From: Bdellovibrionales bacterium GWB1_55_8
GTDB taxonomy: Bacteria; Bdellovibrionota; UBA1018
Length of the DNA: 64,000 nucleotides
Reading direction: 5' to 3'
NCBI GenBank assembly: GCA_001769835.1
Contig: MEPR01000039.1
Location: 56,101-120,100 of the forward strand
Shown: one piece after another, positions 63,171 through 64,000 of the stretch
How positions within the stretch are numbered: position 1 is the first letter of the stretch
Layout of the letters: every line of letters begins with the position of its first letter
Translations under genes and position numbers: made by a program
Notes under the pieces: generated by a model
Told to the model about the DNA's origin: nothing
Databases searched by the model: none
Seen by the model: the letters and a program-made list of their open reading frames with translations, nothing else

Positions 63171-64000
63171 AAAAAAGCAGGACGCAAATCGCCGTGCTGT
63201 CTTGATTGCGGGATCCGCAAGCGCGGTTGCGTTCGCCTTTTTGAGCGCCGAAACCGCCTGGACCGCGATTGCGCCCGGAGTTCGTGAGCAGCAATCTGCC
63301 GAGCTCGCCCGGACTCTCAAGCCGATTCCCGACGAGGAATGGCAGATGATCGCCGGAGAACGCGCTTCCCAGAAATACAGCATCGTTCGCGGTGATACGC
63401 TTTACGACATCTCGCGAAGATTGTTTGGTGATGCGCGATATTGGCCAAAAATCTGGGCGCTGAACAATAACTCCATTACTAATCCCCATCTGATCAGCCC
63501 AGGGCGCGAGATCGCGTTCCTGCCCGGCACAGGCGTTTCATTGCCGGCAGTCGCGATCGGTTCTCTGGAAAACCGGACAGCGGAACCCGCTCGTTCCGGA
63601 TTCTCACAGGAAATTCCCAGCAAGACCGGTGCAAAACCCCGTTCCTCCGAGTGGAGGCGCCTCCCCCCTCAGGAATGGGAACAGGTTTCCATCGCGTTGC
63701 CGCCGGAAGTGGACCCACTCGGATTTGACACGAATACGAAAATCAGTTTTGGGCAAGGCCAGAACGGCTTTGAGCTCGGAGTGCTCGTCCAATCGGAACG
63801 GATTGACCCTCTCGGTGAGATCACGGGTTCCAACGACGACGTCGGCATGCTCAGCCCCGAAAACCAGATATTCATCGAGTCAGATGGTAACCTCCATGTC
63901 GGCGAAACCTATGACATCACGAGTAGTCCCGCTGTTCTGAAAACCAGCTTGTTCGGTCGCACAGGATACGCCTACCCTCTGGTCGGAACCGTCCGGATCA
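63160..64000 (+). CDS. LysM-domain peptidoglycan-binding protein, C-terminally truncated by the window
   Basis: ATG at 63160 overlaps the cpoB stop in another frame. LysM motif YSIVRGDTLYDISRRLFGDARYWPKIWALNNNSITNPHLISPGREIAF. Not in the ORF track because it is truncated. Confidence 0.55.
   Translation, partial: MRTKKKQDANRRAVLIAGSASAVAFAFLSAETAWTAIAPGVREQQSAELARTLKPIPDEEWQMIAGERASQKYSIVRGDTLYDISRRLFGDARYWPKIWALNNNSITNPHLISPGREIAFLPGTGVSLPAVAIGSLENRTAEPARSGFSQEIPSKTGAKPRSSEWRRLPPQEWEQVSIALPPEVDPLGFDTNTKISFGQGQNGFELGVLVQSERIDPLGEITGSNDDVGMLSPENQIFIESDGNLHVGETYDITSSPAVLKTSLFGRTGYAYPLVGTVRI

Overview
Bacterial chromosomal window, about 56-58% GC, with Gram-negative envelope markers: an Mla ABC system, YbgF/CpoB, outer-membrane beta-barrels and a Tad-type secretin. 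Organism not identified.

Organisation:
- Positions 14.6-47.2 kb hold one minus-strand flagellar super-operon in a Firmicute- or spirochaete-like order: flgB, flgC, fliE, fliF, fliG, fliH, fliI, fliJ, a MotE-like gene, fliK, flgD, a flagellar operon protein, flgE, fliL, fliM, fliN, a fliO-like gene, fliP, fliQ, fliR, flhB, flhA, flhF, flhG, fliA. No chemotaxis genes are present.
- The operon is interrupted between fliI and fliJ by an approximately 8.3-kb mixed-strand accessory module (32.5-40.8 kb).
- Housekeeping genes lie upstream of the operon: tRNA-Asp, prfB with its programmed +1 frameshift, ybeY, mazG and coaE.
- A c-di-GMP/PilZ and STAS/PP2C signalling neighbourhood sits at 1.6-7 kb.
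- Downstream of the operon are two receiver-less sigma-54 activators, a 930-aa TPR protein, mlaEFD, metK, a minimal Tad locus (cpaC, cpaF), cpoB and a LysM protein.

The accessory module is flanked by an IS200/RAYT-type HUH transposase. It encodes a secreted S1-type protease carrying a perfect 24-bp tandem repeat, a putative clan-CD cysteine peptidase, two lipoproteins, a small Cys-rich lipoprotein, a P-loop kinase and an atypical winged-helix regulator. It is the most likely candidate for a previously undescribed accessory or predatory secreted-hydrolase system.

No CRISPR array and no rRNA genes were seen. All calls come from reading the ORF translations and the sequence by eye; no database searches were run.
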